Shown: positions 40,641 through 53,170 of the stretch, in pieces
Numbering within the stretch: position 1 is the first letter of the stretch
How the letters are laid out: each line of letters opens with the position of its first letter
Assembly (NCBI RefSeq): GCF_006345805.1
Contig: NC_043009.1
Coordinates: 69,626,001-69,690,000, forward strand
DNA length: 64,000 nt
Origin: Octopus sinensis
Lineage: Eukaryota
Direction of reading: 5' to 3'
Position numbers and translations under genes: made by a program
The notes under the pieces: generated by a model
Told to the model about the DNA's origin: nothing
Database searches by the model: none
What the model saw: the letters and a program-made list of their open reading frames with translations, nothing else

Positions 40641-41751
40641 TGGCGAGAAATATTAATTATAGACTTTAAGTACCGGAAAGTGTCGCTGTGTACTTGCGCG
40701 CGCGATGTCAGTGGGTGCCTGTGTATGTAATATGTGAGTGTGTACATACATATATATGTGTGTTTGTATGTGTCAATATATATATATACACACCCCACCA
40801 CACATATACATACATTATTGCAGTTGCTATAATATGCTACATATATCAGTTTATTTATATACGTATGCTTATGGACGTTTGTGCATCCATACATAAATTT
40901 ATAATAAATTGTATTCGATAAATTACTTCAATTATTCCCCTCTGGATGTGAAAGAAGATTTCTCTAATGATATAATATAATTAAACTTTAAAGAATTTGC
41001 AAACTTTTTCAGTCTGTTCAATATTTTGGCTGCGATGTTGTTCCACTGTTTTTGAACTGATTATTCTCATTATATTTATGATTAGAGAAATATTTCGATA
41101 ACTAAACATTTCACATGTTTTCTGGAAGATAAAATATCATAATTTAACGATTTATTGTTTGTTAGTTTGTGAATTATTAAAAAGAATCTAATATTATTAG
41201 ACGTAGATTTAAAAAAGATAAATAAAATAAACGAACAAAACAAAGCAAAAATAAAAACCATTATGGCAATGATGATGATGATGATGACGATCTTGACGAT
41301 TATGCCGATGTCGACGATGATAATGATAACAATGATGATGATGGTAGTGATGACGATTGCAATGAGAGGGTGAAGGTAATGGTCATGATAATCATAATGG
41401 TCGTGGTGTCGATGATGGTGATGGTGATGCTGAGGTTAATGGGAAAGATAAAACTTATAATAGGATGACAACATCGGGTGAGGCACTCGCAGAATCCCCA
41501 GAATGCTTTGTTTGGTTTGTTTCGCTTCTCCACGTTTCGAATTGCAACTTCAACCGACGCCATCTTTGCCTTTCTCTCGATCACTTGAGGAGGCATTTAC
41601 GTCTGTGTTGGCTCCCTTACAGAAATCGGGTGAGCATCAGTAATTTACAAGATTTGAAGGGATCTCCTGTTCCCTTCTAATATGGAGGGCTGTGTAAATA
41701 TGAATATAGTTTTGCAAACTTGAAGCTTCTTCTCTGGTGAATTACTTAATT

Positions 41752-41857
41752 TCTTATTTCTTTATTACCCACAAGGGGCTAAACGTAGAGGGGACAGACA
41801 AAGAGATTAAGTCGATTATATCGACCCCAGTGGATAACTGGTACTTAATTTATCGAG
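41752..41857 (-). mobile_element. SINE family B, 3' fragment
   Basis: Tail 1 plus part of the core. Confidence 0.75.
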
Positions 41858-41859
41858 TA

Positions 41860-42210
41860 GTCCACCTCGCTCAAAAGGTTCCTGAATAAGGGTTGTTTAA
41901 AGATGTTGAACGAAACAACCATGTTTTCAAAGGTGAATTATTCAAACCCCAAAGAATTACAACACATAGCTATGACCCTTCCCCATACTTCTGCTCGTGC
42001 TCGGAGATGCACTCATCGCTAACCACTAAGGGATATATGCTCAACTAGTTAAGATCAAACAACTGACAAGCAAATTTGTGGATTGGAGCAGAATATTTGC
42101 TGAAGCCCATCTTTTACCCAAAGACCAAACAATATGCATGATAACACTTCCAATCACTTAAGATAAAAAGCTATGAGAATCACAGCCTGGTACTGCATCA
42201 GGGCATTTAT
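41860..42210 (+). mobile_element. Unclassified interspersed repeat (family D); a partial inverted copy lies at 47310-47450
   Basis: acttccaatc.ttaagat...gcctg.ta.tgc.tcagggca is shared in opposite orientation; both copies end at simple repeats. Confidence 0.6.
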
Positions 42211-42224
42211 TAATAGTATCATCA

Positions 42225-42610
42225 TCATCATCATTATTATTATTATTATTATTTATTGTCTTTGCATAGCTTCTATCGCTGGAGATGTGCTACGTTGCCA
42301 CCTGTTCACTACCAGTGAACTAAGGTAACACTCCTTATTTTTCGAGTACCATCTGGAGTATTCGAGCGGTGCTGTTTTCTGCAAGTGCTCCACCCTTATT
42401 GCAGCCCCTATTTGTTCCATGTACTTCTCAAGAATTTTACTTACAGTTCTCAAGGCTCTGACAATTATTGGTACTACTACCACTTTTTCCATCGACCACA
42501 ACTGCTTAACCTCCCAAGCTAACCTGTCATATCTATCGACTTTTCTTTCTTCCTTATCACGTTGTCAGCTGGGAATGCTATATCTATGATCCAGCATCGT
42601 TTGCTGTTAT
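42225..42610 (-). mobile_element. R4/Dong LINE 3' end (5'-truncated), same family as 55960-59535
   Basis: CWIIDIAFP...YDRLAWEVKQLWSMEKVVVVPIIV, a 3' UTR matching 59421-59500, and a (TAA)n tail. Confidence 0.9.
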
Positions 42611-42689
42611 TATTACTGCTGTTTCTACTTTTAAATTGCACCTTTGTTACAGTCACTTGCCCAGACACACCCAGCATTCTGGGACGAGT

Positions 42690-43620
42690 GAAGGATAAGA
42701 GATGTTATAATATGACTGAAAGATTGAGGGTCAAATGTTTCACAGAATGTGCATTTAAGGTCAGAACCGTTTTGAAGGACGTTAGCCTGGTAGTTTTTTT
42801 GTGAGCATGTTTTGGTCTTGTGCTGCCAATATGAAACCTTCAGTCTCTGCTTTCAGTCCTGAACTTCTCGGCTACTGATGGTTGTTGCCTGATCTACATC
42901 AATTTATTGGCTTCGAAGTATATACTGTCCATGCAGAGGCTTCTGGCGCCATCGCTTCTCAATTTATTTCTGTCCCTTTTTTTTTTTTGCAGTCTGCTCG
43001 ATCCATTTTGCTTGTTTTGTGGCAATGGTTTCAGGTTTTTCAACTATTTTTGAGTTAATGCCAAGCTTCCTTCATAATCGAATGTGACTTTTTGCTGCTT
43101 TCGTGTTTGCACAAAATCGCTGCGTCCACTCCTCTGTACTAGATAAATACCTGTTCATTGCTATTGTGGAGGACTTATAGCACAGTTCTACCTGCATTAT
43201 TTCTCTTCCCCCATTACTTCTAGGTAGGTACAGACGATCAGCATCTGCTTTTGCAGCGTGCATATTATTTTACTTGTCTTCTTGCCCAGGCGTTGGAACT
43301 CTGTAAGATTCCAGTTAAAGATGTTAAAACTGTATTGGACTACTGGAAGTACCAGGGTATTGATGGCTTCGATGCGATTTTAGAGTTGAGTTCAGTTTTT
43401 AGTATGAGTCTTATTCTATAATATTTCTTTCTTATTTTTCCTTCATAGTATCATGTTGTATACCGTCTCCTTCGTTTATCCCCAGGTATTTGTATCTCTT
43501 CTGTGGGTCAAACTCCTTGATAGTAGTATCGGTACCCAATTTAACGTAAGCTGTTTGCCTGAGCTTGCCCCCCCCCTACAGTAGTTGCTTTAACACACTT
43601 ATCAAGGCCAAAGTCCATCC
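42690..43620 (-). mobile_element. R4/Dong LINE fragment, second subfamily
   Basis: YKYLGINEGDGIQH...RIEAINTLVLPVVQYSF, DADRLYLPRSNGGR, GLKAETEGFILAAQDQ...C..C. Confidence 0.85.
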
Positions 43621-43944
43621 TGAAACCACCATTATTATTATTATTATTATTAATGTTCAATACCTCCGTTGAACATTTCTTGGTAAGTGCGTGTGTTTGT
43701 CTTTTCTTTCTCTTCCCAAAGGTTTGCTTGTGGTAATTCTAATTGCGCTGTCTTGTTATTAAGTCGATCTGCATTTTTAGAGACCGTTCCGTTGCATGCG
43801 CCAAGTGGCAACATTTTGAAAGACCGAACTTTTTTTCACATCAAAAGAGAAATTTCAGAACAGCTTCCATGCTTCTGTTCTCACTGACCGACAAGCATGA
43901 GAGGAAGATGCATAGTTATATGCAGGAGAAGCTGTCAGTTGAAA

Positions 43945-44070
<126 letters not shown>

Positions 44071-44179
44071 AGCTAACTGCCTGTCTGTCCATTTATCTAT
44101 GCGGGTGTGTACATCATGCCAGTATGTTTTGGTGTGAGCGTGTTCTAGAACAGTCATGCGAAGATATCCGTTGTCTTAC

Positions 44180-44304
44180 CTAAGTACAATTCTGCATAGT
44201 CCTTCATACATCCGATGGAATATTCGATATCTGAATCTCTGACATCAAGATACAATTTTCCAGACCGGCTTCCAGAGTTGATTAACCATGAACATGACAA
44301 GTTA
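44180..44304 (-). CDS. Host gene exon: middle third of a CUB domain (125 bp, phase 2 to 1)
   Basis: Acceptor (ttta)n-tttgcag, donor TTAG|gtaaga. Translates to (S)NLSCSWLINSGSRSGKLYLDVRDSDIEYSIGCMKDYAELYL(G), fitting N..C.W.I...IE....C..DY. The phases join 51887-51974 and 38918-39067 exactly. Confidence 0.92.
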
Positions 44305-44311
44305 CTGCAAA

Positions 44312-44358
<47 letters not shown>

Positions 44359-44371
44359 TAATAATGATAAT

Positions 44372-46430
44372 AAGGTTATTGGATGAAGAGGCTGAGAGGG
44401 CTCAGTGAAAGGATAGTGCAACAGCTAGGTAAGAGCTTGCAGGCAGGAGCAGTACCCAGCTGGATGACAAAGAGAAAGACATTGTTATGTGTCAAGGATC
44501 CTGAAAAGGGAAATGCTGCACCCAACTTTAATAACATGCCTTCCGCTAATGTGGAATTTAATGTCAGGCGCTTTGACCGGTGAACTGTATCGATACTTGG
44601 TAAAAAGTGGGCTGCTGCCTATTGAACAGTAAGGGTGCCAAAAGCGGAGCCGGGGAACGAAGGATCAGTCCTTAATTGATAATCTACTTATCAAGAACTG
44701 CAAGAGATACACAAACCTGAGTATTGCATGGATTGACTATCGTAACGCATACGATGTGATACCACACACCTGGATAGCAACACTGGAAATTTATAGAGTC
44801 GCAGAAAATATGAGAAGCCTTATATGGAATAAAATGAAGTGCTGGGGAACGAGACTGACAGCAGAGAATCAAATATTAGGAGGGGTGAACATCAAGAGAG
44901 GAATATTCCAGGGGGACAGTATGTCCCTACTGATCTTCGCGCTGGAAATGATTCCCTTGAGTCAAATTCTGTAGAAAGCATAGTTAGGGTATGTTCTGGG
45001 ATGGGTAAGGGAAAGCTGAACCACTTGCTATTCATGGACGACCTGAAACTATTCACAAAAGCTGAAGCAGAACTAGACAGCCTAGTCCAGTCTGTGCGGA
45101 TTTTCTCTAATGATATTAAGATATTTGGGCTCTCAAAATATGCTCAAGATATTTGGGCTCTCAAAATTTTCTCTAATGATATTAAGATATTTGGGCTCTC
45201 AAAATATGCTACGATGGTAATGAGACGAGGAAAGCTTGTCAGGACTGAAAGCACATGACTGGCAAGTGTTGAAATGATGAAGGCAATTCAACCTCAATCC
45301 AGTTATAAATACTTGAGGTAGATGAAGTCAAACGCAACGACATGAAGGAAAAGACAAAAAGAGGGTACCTGTAGTGAGTGAGAATAATATTGGCTTCAAG
45401 GCTGAATGTCAGAAACAATTACGGCAACGAAGTCGCGCGCTTGCGTATCAAATTCGAGAGCTTAATGAGATACCTGGCCGAAAGCAAGGAAACCTTACTA
45501 GTGACAATTAGGACCGAGGGAGTATTGACAGCGGAGAAAACAGGCAAAACAAAGGAAGAAGTACAAAAACGACATGAAGAAGAATTACGCAACAAGGGAC
45601 TACACAATCAATTCCATATAGTCACAACAGAAGTTTCTGGAAAAAAAGGTAGGATTGGCTGACGAAAGGAACAATAAAAAAAGACTGAGGGCGCACTACT
45701 GGCGGCGCAAGACCCTGCTTTTACCACGAAGTGGAGGGTGAATCTTAGGAATGATCAAGTGTCTCCGCTGTGCCACATCTGCAATTGGGTGGATGAGACA
45801 ATGGCCCATATCAAGAACGAATGCCATAGACTTGCGCAAAACAACAGGTTGCGGCGATACGATCAAGTAGCGAAAGTGCTACACTGGAAACTGTGCAAAA
45901 CATGGGGACAAGAGAAATGCAAGATGTGGTATGAGCAGAAAGCGCAGAAAGTGGAGGAGTCGGAGGGTTCCAAAGGCCTCTTGGATTCCCCAATCTACAT
46001 TGATGAGGTGCTAGAGCCTAACAGATCGGACCCGGTGTTGGTGGAGAAGGTGCACCACATATGCTATATAGTTGATGTTGCATGCATCTTTGACCCAGGA
46101 ATATTCAAGATGGAAGGCGAAAAGATAGATAAATACAACCCTCTTAAGTGCCAAGTAGCCTAGCAATGGAAAATGAAGAAGGTGAAGATAGTGCCGTTCG
46201 TTGTTGGGTCCTTGGGAACAGTATCAGAAGGCATCAAGAGGAATATAAAAGAAATTGGAATAGAGTGTCCAGTAGAACTGTTACAAAAGGTTTGCCTCCT
46301 TGGCATGGCCAGAATAATCAGGAAAGTATGAGATAGATGAAAAGAATGGATAGCATGGTACCGTAGGCTGCGGGTAGCCGGTCCGCTACACATGCAAGAC
46401 TCCAGGACCTCCATCAAAACCTTTGATAAA
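44372..46430 (+). mobile_element. R4/Dong LINE, 5'-truncated (RT, CCHC, RLE), with an internal deletion
   Basis: [54 protein letters not shown] and VPFVVGSLG. It has (TAA)/(TGA) repeats at both ends. Confidence 0.92.
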
Positions 46431-46451
46431 AAGTGATGATGATGATAATAA

Positions 46452-46482
<31 letters not shown>

Positions 46483-46489
46483 AATAATA

Positions 46490-47240
46490 GCTTCAAATTT
46501 TGCCAGAAGGACAGCAATTTTGGGGGAGGGGGTATTAGTCGATTTACATCCAGTGTTCAACTGGTACTTATTTATCGACCTCGAAAGGATGAACGGTAAA
46601 CAGAATTTGAACTGATAACGTACTGGCAGACGAAATACCTATTTCTTTACTACCCACAAGGGGCTAAACACAAAGGGGACAAACAAGGACAGACAAACGG
46701 ATTAAGTCGATTACATTGACCCCAGTGCGTAACTGGTCTTTAATTTATCAACCGAAAGGATGAAAGGCAAAGTCGACCTCGGCGGAATTTGAACTCAGAA
46801 AGTAGCGGCAGACGAAATACCCATTTCTTTACTACCCACAAGAGGCTAAACACAGAGGAGATAAACAAGGACAGACAGACGGATTAAATCGATTATATCG
46901 ACCTCAGTGCGTAACTGATACTTAATTTATCGACCCCGAAAGGATGAAAGGCAAAGTCGAACTCGGCGGAATTTGAACTCAGAACGTAGCGGCAGATGAA
47001 ATACCTATTTCTTTACTACCCACAAGAGGCTAAACACAGAGGAGATAAACAAAGACAGACAGACGGATTAAGTCAATTATATCGACCTCCAGTGCGTAAC
47101 TGGTACTTATTCAATCGACCCCGAAAGGATGAAAGGCGAAGTCGACCTCGGCGGAATTTGAACTCGGAACGTAATGGCAGACCAAATACCGCTAAGCATT
47201 TCGTCCGGCTTGATAACGATTCTGCCAGTTCACCGCCTTA
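46490..47240 (-). mobile_element. SINE family B head-to-tail tetramer
   Basis: One full head, three identical-type junctions (about 47005, 46821, 46639), units of about 183 bp, and terminal tail 2 with (ATT)n. Confidence 0.9.
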
Positions 47241-47244
47241 ATAA

Positions 47245-47310
<66 letters not shown>

Positions 47311-47454
47311 TGCCCTGAAGCAATATCAGGCAGTGGTTTTCATGGCTTCTCATCTTAACTGATTGGAAGTGTTATGTACATTGTTTTGTCTCGGTATAAA
47401 AGATTGGCTACAGCAAATAAACTGCTCAATACCACAGATTTACTTGTCAGCTGC

Positions 47455-47613
47455 CAAAGAAAGTTTGTCTCTTCGATACAACAAGGATTATCAAGAGAGT
47501 TCTAAGCACCTGAAAGACTAGTGAAAACTTGTGGATAACTAGGGTCACAGGTAGAAACCCGCTATCTACATAATACCTACCTCGAATAAAACCGAACCTG
47601 AGCCAAACCAAAA

Positions 47614-47615
<2 letters not shown>
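47455..47615 (+). mobile_element. R4/Dong LINE extreme 3' end
   Basis: VCLFDTTRIIKRVLST*, a short UTR, then (CTA)n. Confidence 0.55.
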
Positions 47616-47689
<74 letters not shown>

Positions 47690-47690
<1 letters not shown>

Positions 47691-48285
47691 GTATTATTAG
47701 AATGGAATTTGGACTCAAGAAATGCAGAGTAATCGACCTAAAAGAGGCAAGGTACAGTCCCTTGCAGGGATAGAATTAGCGAATAGAGACTTGATTATGC
47801 AAATTGAAACGAAAGGATACAGATAACATGGTGTATTATATTAAATCGAAATAATGGGAAAAGAAATGAAAGAGCAACTGAGGATTGAGTATTTCCGAAG
47901 ACTGAGGTTGGTGCTGCACTCAAAATTGATTGGATGGAATAAAATCCAAGCAGTTAATACGTGGGCGATAGTATCACTTCGGTGTGGGATGGGGAATTAT
48001 AAAATGGCAAAAAAGACTAAAAAAGAAAATGGATACCAAGACCAGAAATATGTTAAGAATGATACCGATAGGCTGTACTTGTTCAGAAGAAAGGGTAGGA
48101 GAGGTCTGATCAGTTGCCAGGACTGTATCGAAGCAAAGGGAAACAGCCTGGAGTGGTATATGAATAATACCGTGGCTATGGATGAGAAGGAGTGACTTGA
48201 ATGTAGAGACAGAATCACTCATGTGCGCAGAGGAGATAAACATAGCAATGGACTCCGTGTGGGCAGTCATCTAAAAGTTTTGTTC
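47690..48285 (+). mobile_element. R4/Dong LINE post-RT fragment
   Basis: MEFGLKKC, EMKEQLRIEYFRRLRLVLHSKL...NKIQAVNTWA, DTDRLYL.R..GRRGLISCQDC. It is preceded by (CTA)n(TAA)n. Confidence 0.85.
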
Positions 48286-48306
48286 GTCATGATGCTGATA
48301 TAAGTT

Positions 48307-48401
48307 CCTTGTCTTTCCTGATGAGAAGACGGCATAATGCACCCTTTATTCCTTCGGAATTAAGAATATGCAGTCTTCGAAACATATGTCGAGAATAAAG
48401 G
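48307..48401 (+). ncRNA. Intact-looking type I hammerhead ribozyme
   Basis: tttc-CTGATGA(48318-24)-gaagac...gtcttc-GAAA(48379-82)-catatg-TC(48389-90)-gaga. Helix II is 6 bp with G10.1-C11.1 plus an extension, helix III is the palindrome acatatgt, the site is GUC, and distal helix I is cctt/aagg. Confidence 0.85.
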
Positions 48402-48429
48402 AATTTTGTTAAATCGTCGTTCGACTTCA

Positions 48430-48439
48430 TTCTTTCATT

Positions 48440-48471
<32 letters not shown>

Positions 48472-48585
48472 ATATATATGCATACACATATATAAACACA
48501 TACACACACACACACATATATACCGATATATACATATATGTGTGTGCGCGCGCGCACGTATATACATATATATATACACACACAC

Positions 48586-48616
<31 letters not shown>

Positions 48617-48797
48617 TATATATATACACACACACACACATATATATATATACACACACACACAACACACACATATATACCGATATATACATATATGTGT
48701 GTGCGCGCGCGCACGTATATACATATATATACACACACACACATATATATATATACACACCACACACACACACATATATATATACACACACACACAC

Positions 48798-48868
<71 letters not shown>

Positions 48869-49129
48869 CACACATATATATATATATATATGTATGGTAA
48901 GGGCGGCGAGCTGGCAGAAACGTTAGCGCGCCGGGCGAAATGCTTAGCGGTATTTCGTCTGTCGTTACGTTCTGAGTTCAAATTCCGCGGAGGTCGACTT
49001 TGCCTTTCATCCTTTCGGGGTCGATAAATAAAGTACCAGTTTCGCACTGGGGTCGATGTAATCGACTTAATCCCTTTGTCTGTCATTGTTTATCCCCTCT
49101 ATGTTTAGCCCCTTGTGGGTAGTAAAGAA

Positions 49130-49164
<35 letters not shown>

Positions 49165-49334
49165 TACACATATATAAACACATACACACACACACACATA
49201 TATACCGATATATACATATATGTGTGTGCGCGCGCGCACGTATATACATATATATATACACACCACACACATATATATATACACACACACACACACATAT
49301 ATATATACACACACACCACACACATATATATATA

Positions 49335-49381
<47 letters not shown>

Positions 49382-49646
49382 TATATACACACATATATAT
49401 ATATATATGTATGGTAAGGGCGGCGAGCTGGCAGAAACGTTAGCGCGCCGGGCGAAATGCTTAGCGGTATTTCGTCTGTCGTTACGTTCTGAGTTCAAAT
49501 TCCGCGGAGGTCGACTTTGCCTTTCATCCTTTCGGGGTCGATAAATAAAGTACCAGTTTCGCACTGGGGTCGATGTAATCGACTTAATCCCTTTGTCTGT
49601 CATTGTTTATCCCCTCTATGTTTAGCCCCTTGTGGGTAGTAAAGAA

Positions 49647-49680
<34 letters not shown>
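48430..49680 (+). repeat. Tandem duplication of a microsatellite block plus SINE B (SINE copies 48899-49131 and 49416-49648)
   Basis: The two 233-bp SINE copies look identical, including private variants (ttagcgcgccg, ttccgcggagg). The offset is 517 bp. Confidence 0.9.
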
Positions 49681-49682
<2 letters not shown>

Positions 49683-49732
49683 TGCGAGAAGGAAACTGTT
49701 AGTAAGAGAGGAATGATAGAGAGGGCAGAGAG

Positions 49733-49768
<36 letters not shown>

Positions 49769-50507
49769 TAATATTAATAATGCGGTTTCTTTTTGTTTAA
49801 CTTTCTTCTTCAAAAATGTTTCACCGGAGATGGGGAACGTTCAGTATCGAATATAAGTTATCAATTACAAATTATAAAATGAAAAATTAAAAGTGTTTTT
49901 TTTTCAAGTGAAGCATAATTAATGCCAATACGTTTTTAATGATTTGGTGTCTGGAAGAGATCCGATTCTTCGAGATAAGGTTGTAAAAGGTGATAAATGA
50001 ATGAAATAAACAAAAATATCTATATTTTGTTTCTAGTCAATATCGGTTTATTTTTCTGCTTGTTTTCATTTCGCTGCCATTGTTGTGTTGTTGTCTAGCT
50101 TTAAACGTTTAAGTAGAATGACAACCGTCGGAAGTTTTATAGTAGAAGTCTTCTGGCCTACAGTTGGCGGATAGTAATTAACTTAAATACTTAGACACGA
50201 GGCTTTTCACGTTTCGAATGAAGGAGGGCATCAATATGCTTCTCTTTGAAGGCTTTCTGAGACACACGGGGAAAAGCGGGAAGGAATTTTCATCACTTGC
50301 CCTCTTCTGGTTTAAATGAATCGGTGTCGATGTCTGCAAATGTATCCTAGGTCCGAGTAATGCTGCTAAACCCAGGAGTTGATTGGCCTAAAACTGGTGA
50401 TTTATTATGCCTTCCGCCAAGGAGGAAGATATAAAGTACCGTAGCAGCTAGCCAAGCAATGAGGCCCACTTTGCAAATACACATACATACATACATACAT
50501 ACATACA

Positions 50508-50541
<34 letters not shown>

Positions 50542-50999
50542 GACATAAACTTGCACAGAATATACGTATAGAATGAAATAAGATGGCATATGCTCCAAGG
50601 CACTCACACACACACACACGCATGCACACATCCAAAGAAAAAAAAAAGAAATATATCGCCCCCAGTTTCGACGGTATGTATTCCAGTTATTCCATTAACT
50701 GTTCTGCCTCCAAATTGAAATATGACGGCTGAGTATTTCGTAGACTTTAGTACTTTTAATTCGTTGATTGAATCAGTGTGACAATGTGGGACAGAACTGG
50801 AATTTTGAATGAGAGTTAAATGCACTCGATGAGTTTCAAAACAGTTTCACAATTCCCCACCCCCCGCTCGCAGTTTTTGGGTCGATCCGTGTCTTAACTA
50901 TTATGAAATGAAATTCGCACTCACATTCACATTGCTATCGATGTATATATTCGGACGCACACGCACACACACAACCATGCAAAAGGCCACGAACTCACG

Positions 51000-51560
51000 T
51001 AGCGCAGGGCCTCTTTCAATTTTCACGCTATGTCGCACAGCAATTTTTCCGTCTTCGTTTTCCGGTTGATGCTAACCACACAGCAGTTTCTTCACGCTGA
51101 TAACTGGTTGCTCTAAGATGCAAATATACCTATTTCCTTCCATCACAACGTCTTCGAAACTTCTAAGTTTCTAAGGATTTCTAAGTGTCTTATCCGAATA
51201 TGTTGCTTTTTTGCAGTTTTTCTTTCTTCTCACATTTGACTTGCATATAACACCATCGATAGATTCTGATGTAGATATCCTGCGTGGATCAGATTTTGTA
51301 CATTCACTGAAATACTGCTGTCGTCTTTCCGACCCTGCGCTTGACATCGGCCCCACCGTCTACTTTACCACAGTGAACAAGTAGTGCTGGTTGGCCTACG
51401 TCTTCGACAGACTGCTCACCTCAATAATATGTTTATGAATAAAGAGAAAAGAACGGAGTCTAAGGATAGTAGCGATTGCCGCATTGCAAAGCATTCTTTT
51501 ATGAAGTTATTAAATTTGGAGAAGTTAGTTTACCAAGAACGACAGAATATTCTCATCGTT
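51000..51560 (-). mobile_element. RTE-clade LINE relic
   Basis: DGGADVKRRVGKTTAVF resembles the RTE motif DGG..DV..RIGKA..VF. Heavily decayed. Confidence 0.5.
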
Positions 51561-51886
51561 TGGGAGCAAGATCTCTACATATTGGAAATATATGATTTCA
51601 AAAAAAAAAAAAATCTTTCGTCCAGGGGATAGTTTTCTTGTAGTACGTCCCGAATATCCGAATATCCTTCAGCACAACAATCAGGAACGTCTCCATATAA
51701 CAATGTACTCCGTATTTTTACCGCAAGACTTTTTCCTTGCCGATGTAAATATAGTAAACAGTAACCTGTATGTTGTATTATCGTAGTGAAATCCGAGCCT
51801 TTACTTCCAAACCGAAACACTAAAACACATTATGGTTGAGAGGTAAGGATTAATTTCAAAGAGAAAAAACATTGTTACATTCTTAC

Positions 51887-51974
51887 CTTGCGTAAAAGTG
51901 AGGATAGTTAGGAGTGGTCAAGTACTGGATACTTGGGTAGGCTGTTAGCTTTGTGACACCAGAGCAGTTAACAC
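51887..51974 (-). CDS. Host gene exon: first third of a CUB domain (88 bp, phase 1 to 2)
   Basis: Acceptor ctctctcttcttcag, donor CAAG|gtaaga. Translates to VNCSGVTKLTAYPSIQYLTTPNYPHFYA(S), fitting C....LTA....YL.TPNYP..Y. Confidence 0.92.
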
Positions 51975-52179
51975 CTGAAGAAGAGAGAGGCACGGTTTTA
52001 TTAAAATAAAATAGAAGAGAAATAGACGACAAATTAATAATGTGATAAAATGGCATGGAATTATGTATGTGTGCGTGGGTGCAATGTTATGTGTGTGTGT
52101 ATGTGCACGCTCGTATGTGTGTGTTAAAACAAACATGGTAAATAGAACTCAATATATGAATTCATTTACTTTTTCAATT

Positions 52180-53170
52180 TTTAATCAGCAGAAAGTTATC
52201 TGTAACAGATTCCCGCATGGAACTTATCAGTTTGCTAAGCGTCTTGCACGAAACCTCCTTTTCCTTCGGACACTGTAATTATCTTCCATTTAAAGTGTGT
52301 GTGTCCAGTGGGTTTAAGGAAGGCATCTATATACCGTGCCCGTGCCTTGGCACCCGCTAAAGGAAGCGTCACCGTTGTGTCGTTTAGTTTGCCCCACCTT
52401 TCTCTCTCAATGTTAAAACCTGTTTGGGTAGAATATTCCTTAGAATGGTGGAAAAACACTTCACAGTCACACAGATACGGACGTTTGTTTAATAGACCCA
52501 GCATTAAGAAAATTTTAGTGAGTACCCCTAAACTGCGAACAGTTTAGGGCAGAGAATGCTCATGTAGGGCAGAGAATGACTGCCCAGTAGTGTGGGTCTG
52601 GTGATTCGAAGCCGAAGGGGTTGAATATGAGGCTGAGGTGGTTACTGCCACTGGCAGCCAGAGCAACAGCCTAAGCAGCAACACTAATTTTGCAACCGGA
52701 AATAGCTGCAGCAGAACCACCAGGATCCCGTCCAGGAATATCAGCATTGGCAGCGACTTCAGCAACAACAAAAACAACAACCTCAGACACGGAGTTAATG
52801 AAAGAAACATCGGCGGTTGTAGCACATCCAATGTACGGAGAAGAAAATATGTCGGTTCATCCGCACCTCACTTTAAGCAATATCTGAACAACCGCAAGGG
52901 ATCTTTTAGTGTACCGAAAATGCGCAACATCATATCCCTAGCCAGCCACGTATGACGCTTAAAAGAGGAAGGAACCCCATACATAATTAAATGGAAGCTC
53001 CTTGAACAACCGGGGACCTATATAAATGGGAGCAAACGATGTAAGCTTTGCTTGGCAGAGAAGGCATGAATCATAAAAAACTCGCGTGACCCGGGGACCT
53101 TTTTAAACTTCAAGAAAGAAATATTTTGTCAATATCCTCATCTAAAACGTTTTCTTCTACAGACTTGGAA
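52180..53170 (+). mobile_element. Penelope-like element relic (RT end plus GIY-YIG endonuclease)
   Basis: PPFSLNVKT.LGRIFL..VEKHF, RYGRLFNR, CRAENDCP, VEYEAEV...KYVG...FKQ..NN.KGSF, IKWKLLE...Y.NGSKRCKLCLAEK. Confidence 0.85.

Noticed and set aside
46490-47240. Regularly spaced repeats resembling a CRISPR array
   Set aside because: The whole roughly 183-bp unit is repeated with no unique spacers. It is a SINE multimer in eukaryotic DNA.
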